In this document: piece by piece, positions 59,548 through 64,000 of the stretch
Numbering within the stretch: position 1 is the first letter of the stretch
How the letters are laid out: the number at the start of each line of letters is the position of its first letter
NCBI GenBank assembly: GCA_963693365.1
Contig: CAVNZM010000001.1
Coordinates: 9,502,907-9,566,906 of the forward strand
Direction of reading: 5' to 3'
Length of the DNA stretch: 64,000 bases
Source: Amoebidium appalachense
Taxonomy: Eukaryota > Protista > Ichthyosporea
Translations under genes and position numbers: made by a program
The notes under the pieces: generated by a model
The model's input: only the letters and a program-made list of their open reading frames with translations
Database searches by the model: none
Told to the model about the DNA's origin: nothing

Positions 59548-60711
59548 TTCGCGTTGTGTTTGCGAAGATGCGTGCGCTCTTTCGTGTTGCCATAGCTCAC
59601 GCCAGGTAAGTTATTGAGGCCTTAGTGGCCTATGTGTATGTTGAAAGTGCTGCCATGTTCACAAAGACTTTGTTTTCCTTAGCGCAACCGTTAGCACAGA
59701 ACTGCTCTCTGTCCGACCGTCATTGGATTTTGTTGTTTTCGAGCCCGTGAAAAGTCACAGTCTGGGCCGGATCGGAAGAATCGGAAGACCCGAGTCGCGA
59801 CTTGCGACTCAAAGCTTGACTCAAAGTCGTGATCCAGCGACTCATAACAGCAGCAGTCTCCTTAGACCCTATACAGTGTGGAGGCTCTACTGCAATCTTA
59901 TTGGTGAACTATAGCATCGTTCGGAGCTGACCAATCAAACGGTGTTATCTCAATTAATCGTTCCTGGCCCTGTACGAACGTTCAAAACGTTGTAGCGTCT
60001 AGGCCTACTCCGTCTGTTCAAAATATAGGCATCATATTTAAGTTGTAATTCAGGCTAAAAATGCGGTTGCTGAACGCAAGAACAGCGATCTCAGATGTGT
60101 TGTATGCGGCATCGCCAGCAAAATCCCCATATACCAACTGGCGCAAATGTATTGGATGTCGATGTTGTATTACCTTTTTTGGAACCCTTGCCAACTACTG
60201 TGGTAACACATTGATTGAAATAAGCGTGTGCCGATTGGGTAAAAGACCTTAAGTTTGCTCCCAGTGGACCTTGTGAAGGTAGATTATATACCATAACTTA
60301 TACCTCTAGCAAAATAAAAAACAAGGTATAAAAATTAAACATTTTACAAAAATAAATAGTATAAATAAAAGCGAGTAATTGTTTAAAACATTTTTCATAC
60401 ACGCGACTACTAATTTGAGTCATTGTCGTTTCTATTCGTCCAAAATCACGCTCTGTTCACACCGGGACGACAGATTTCAAAAAGTTTGGTTCCAACTTGG
60501 TTCGCTGTGCAATCACTCTTTGTTCAACCGCTTGTTCAAACAGAAACTGTGTGTTTTTCTGTACCATTTCTAGTCCCCTCTCTTCTTTTCTCTCTCATTT
60601 TTTCACCTGTGCGGTTCTTTCAAGTCAAGCGTTTGATTTTCTTTGTTGTGTTATCGGTGATTAGTCGGTAGCTGTTGTTGGCAGTGCCCTCCGTGAAGGC
60701 ACCCTATCAAG
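59548..60711. promoter_or_regulatory. Probable bidirectional promoter region between the hAT-derived gene and AGL, including a probable non-coding first exon of AGL ending at donor AAG|GTGGGT (60711)
   Basis: Divergent gene starts; free of microsatellites; several CCAAT/ATTGG boxes. The AGL ATG sits immediately after an acceptor, which requires an upstream non-coding exon. Confidence 0.5.
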
Positions 60712-61054
60712 GTGGGTGCTGAGCAAATCTTTAGACCGAGTCCTTGAATCTTTGAACATTAGACTATGATCAACCCCGCTGCTTTTCTGATGCTCTCTGT
60801 GTGATGAACAATGCAAACTTATAATTTACGTTAACACACATGCTTTTAGGGCTAGGGTTTTACAAAAGTCACACTTTCCTGGGCGTACATGTTGTGGAGA
60901 TCTGAGATCTAGGCCACTGGGCGTGTGCACACACTGCTCTGGGTGTGCGTGTTCTTCTGTGTGTGCGTGCGTGCGTGCGCGATGTGTGCCTGTGCCTGTG
61001 CTTGTGCCTGTGTCTCTCTATCACTCAACCATGGGCACGTGCGCCACTTCCTTT

Positions 61055-61087
<33 letters not shown>

Positions 61088-61603
61088 CTCTACCTCCTAC
61101 TATGGAAAAGTTTTCTCATCTTCTTGCCACCTCTTTCCCCTTACAATTAAACACACATAAACACATCCATGCCGCCCTACTCCCCCCCCTTCCCCCCCCC
61201 CCCCCCCCCCCCCCCCCCTTCCCCACCCCACCCCCTCCCCAGACGCGCACAAACACATACACACCACCACCCCTCCCTGTCTGCCTCCCCCCTCCTCCCC
61301 CCTCCCCCCCCCCCCCCCCCCCTCCCCTTCCCCCCAATCTCGACTTCCCTTTCTCCTTTCCCCACAATCCCGTCGCCGCCCCAACACTCACAAGTGTCTC
61401 TCTCTCACTCTCTCGGTGTGTGTTTGTGTGTGCGCTCAACCATGGGCATGTGCACCACCTTTGGCCTTCCCCCTTCTCCCCCCCCCCCCCCCCCCCCCCC
61501 CCTCCCTTTCCCCAACTCTACTATGGCGGAGTTCTCAGATTTTCTCACCATCTCGCTCCCCCCACAATTGAACACACAGACACATCCATATCCCCCCTCC
61601 CCG

Positions 61604-61634
<31 letters not shown>

Positions 61635-61920
61635 TTCCCCCCCCCCCCCCCTCCCCTCTCCCCAACCCCTCTTATACACGCACAAGCACATACACACTGC
61701 CATCCCTGCCTCACTCCCTCCTTCCCTGTCTGCCTCCTTTCTAACCACCCCCCCCCCCCCCCTCCCCCGTCCCCTTGCTCCTTTCCCAACCCACTTCCTC
61801 CCCTCCCAACACACACACACACACCCACCCCCCCCACCCCCCCCACCCCCCCCACACCACCCCCACCTCCCCTCCCCACCCCATACACCCCTACCCCCCA
61901 CCTTTCCTCCCCCCACACAG

Positions 61921-62445
61921 ATGTCTGTGGATAACTTCATCCACGTCCTCGAACTAGGGGATGATGGGAGGCACGCGGAGTGGATCCTCTACCGCCTGTC
62001 CAAGGGCAAAGTGCTCCGCCTCACTCTGTGCCCCAAGCTGGAACACCTCCCCGTGCGCCTGTACACCAACTTCCCAAAGGAGGGGGAGGAGTTCGTGCGG
62101 GCAAACTTCCAGGAGTTGAAGTTGTATGTTGCCCCTTGAGTTCCCTTTTCTCAATCCACACCTCTCCCGCACGCCTGTACCCCCTACTTTCACCATTCCT
62201 CCCCCCCTCTCCCCCCCCCCCGGTCGGTTTGTGTTTTTTCTTATGCTGTCTCCTCCACAGTTTCAACTCTCCACTGCAAACATCCCCCCCCTCCCCCCAC
62301 ACACACACCCTTTTCATCCTCTCCCCTTAGGTCATGATAAGGGGGTTTGGGACGGGGCGGGGCGAAAGCCGGGATAGGGGGAGGATGGGGGGGAGGGCAG
62401 ACGGGATAGGGGTGTTGTTTTGAGGGTGACGGGGAAGGTGTGTGT

Positions 62446-62476
<31 letters not shown>

Positions 62477-63313
62477 GGGTAGGGTGTTGTTTTAGGGATG
62501 AACAGGGTGGGGAGGGGAGAGGGGGGGGGGGGAAGGGGGATCAGAGGTCTTGTTTTAGGAGTGATCAGGGAAGAGGGCGGAATAGGGGTGTTTGTTTCGG
62601 GGATGACCTGGGAAGGGGGGGGGGGGGGGGGGGGGAGGGGGGGGGGGGGGGATGTGTTCTGGGTGTCACCGGAGGGGAGGGGGCAGGAGGGGGGAGAGGG
62701 GGTAATTGTACGGGGGAGAAAGATTTGATACGGGCCGGGGGGAGGGGAAGGGGGGGGGGGGGGGGGGGAATGGGGGAAGAGAGAGAGAGAGGCGGAAGGA
62801 AGGGGAAAAGGGGCAGGGCATGCAAGGGTCGTGAGGAGAAAGACAGGCAGGGTCAGAAGGTGGATAGTTGCAACAGCCCCCCCTCCCCCCTCCCCCTCCA
62901 CTCTTTCCTTGCCTCCCTCTCCACCCCTCTGGTCTCCCTGCGAAAACTTTACCTCCTTTTGACCCATCCGCTGCATCCCGCCTAGCTCCATCATTCCCCC
63001 CCCCCCCCCTCCCCCTCGGGGTCCCACATACAATCTCTTTTCTGTACGCACAAATGCATACGATGTTCTCCTTGAACTACTGTACGCATACTTCGTAGTC
63101 TGTAACACACATAACTAACCCCCCCACTAATCCCCCTCACCCCCAGCTCCCCCACCCCTCATGGCCCACTGCACACCCACCTGCGCGCAGGCACACACAC
63201 ACTCACACTCTCTCTATCACATACATACATACACACACACACTCTCTCTCTCTCTATCACACATACACACACACACACACACTCTATCCCACACACACAC
63301 TCTCTCTCTATCA

Positions 63314-63399
<86 letters not shown>

Positions 63400-63521
63400 T
63401 ACACACACAGTGATTACACCCACGGTGCCCTACCGGCTTATTCAATTGGCCAGCGGCATACAGATCTAAGGCTCTTCCTGTCGGGCGCCTTTGAGTTCTA
63501 CTTCACCTACAATGATGCCAG
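61921..63521 (+). CDS. AGL: Glycogen debranching enzyme (amylo-alpha-1,6-glucosidase/4-alpha-glucanotransferase), first two coding exons; continues beyond the window
   Basis: Exon 61921-62123 [61 protein letters not shown] and exon 63411-63521 [22 protein letters not shown] match the eukaryotic GDE N-terminal pattern (LFRLEQG..VYTNYP..GETFNREKF..SGSFQYYF). Phases agree (2/2). Confidence 0.88.
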
Positions 63522-63523
63522 GT

Positions 63524-63587
<64 letters not shown>

Positions 63588-64000
63588 CGTGTGTGTGTGT
63601 ACGCGTGTGCGTGCGCGTGTGCGCGCGTGTGCCCGCAGGTGTGTGTGTGCGTGTATGTCTGTGTGTGTGAGCCTGTGTGTGTGTGTACTCCACCCCAACC
63701 CCATCCTTACCCCTCCTCTTCATCCCCTCTCCTTCTCTGGGCAGTGGTCGGGGAATCACAAAGCCGGGTGGATGGAGGTTGAAGAAATGCATGGCAACAT
63801 TGGGGGGCTTATCGGGGAAAATGGGGGGGGTGGGAGGGGGTTTTGATGGAAATTTCACGGAAGCCGTGTTCTCAGGCTCTTCTTGTGAATGTGCTAACCA
63901 TATCTTTTACTAACGTACTTTACTCACTCTTGTATATTGGGAAAGTATATTTGAATGCATGCATGGCAGTGTTGCCACTGTTTGGTTGCTTTGAAAATGT

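Overview
Intron-rich eukaryotic genomic DNA packed with (CA)n/(GT)n and long poly-C/poly-G tracts. Nearly all ORFs in the supplied track are simple-repeat artefacts. The genes below were built by hand from splice sites and checked for reading-frame phase. Left to right: (1) the 3' end of an unknown + strand gene; (2) an intronless, bacterial-looking GFA-family gene with a frameshift in a C9 run; (3) an 18-exon type I membrane mucin-like gene on the - strand (~1290 aa: signal peptide, Cys/beta-rich N-domain, Cys-rich module, Pro/Thr/Ser-rich stalks, two SEA-like modules with GSVxV, TM helix, long cytoplasmic tail); (4) a 5'-truncated non-LTR retrotransposon with an intact RT ORF, a 9-bp TSD and no terminal poly-A; (5) a complete 24-exon Enhancer-of-zeste (EZH/PRC2) gene on the - strand (~664 aa) whose last intron is GC-AG; (6) a second, decayed copy of the same retrotransposon; (7) several MITE/foldback elements; (8) an intact, intronless hAT-transposase ORF with altered catalytic motifs, a candidate domesticated ZBED-like gene; (9) head-to-head with it, the 5' end of the glycogen debranching enzyme gene (AGL). 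Unexplained structure includes arrays of decaying copies of splice-acceptor/exon junctions, introns built from complementary simple repeats, and a same-orientation intronic repeat family with a structured core. The animal-like E(z) and AGL sequences and the SEA-mucin suggest an opisthokont, possibly a unicellular holozoan (inference only).
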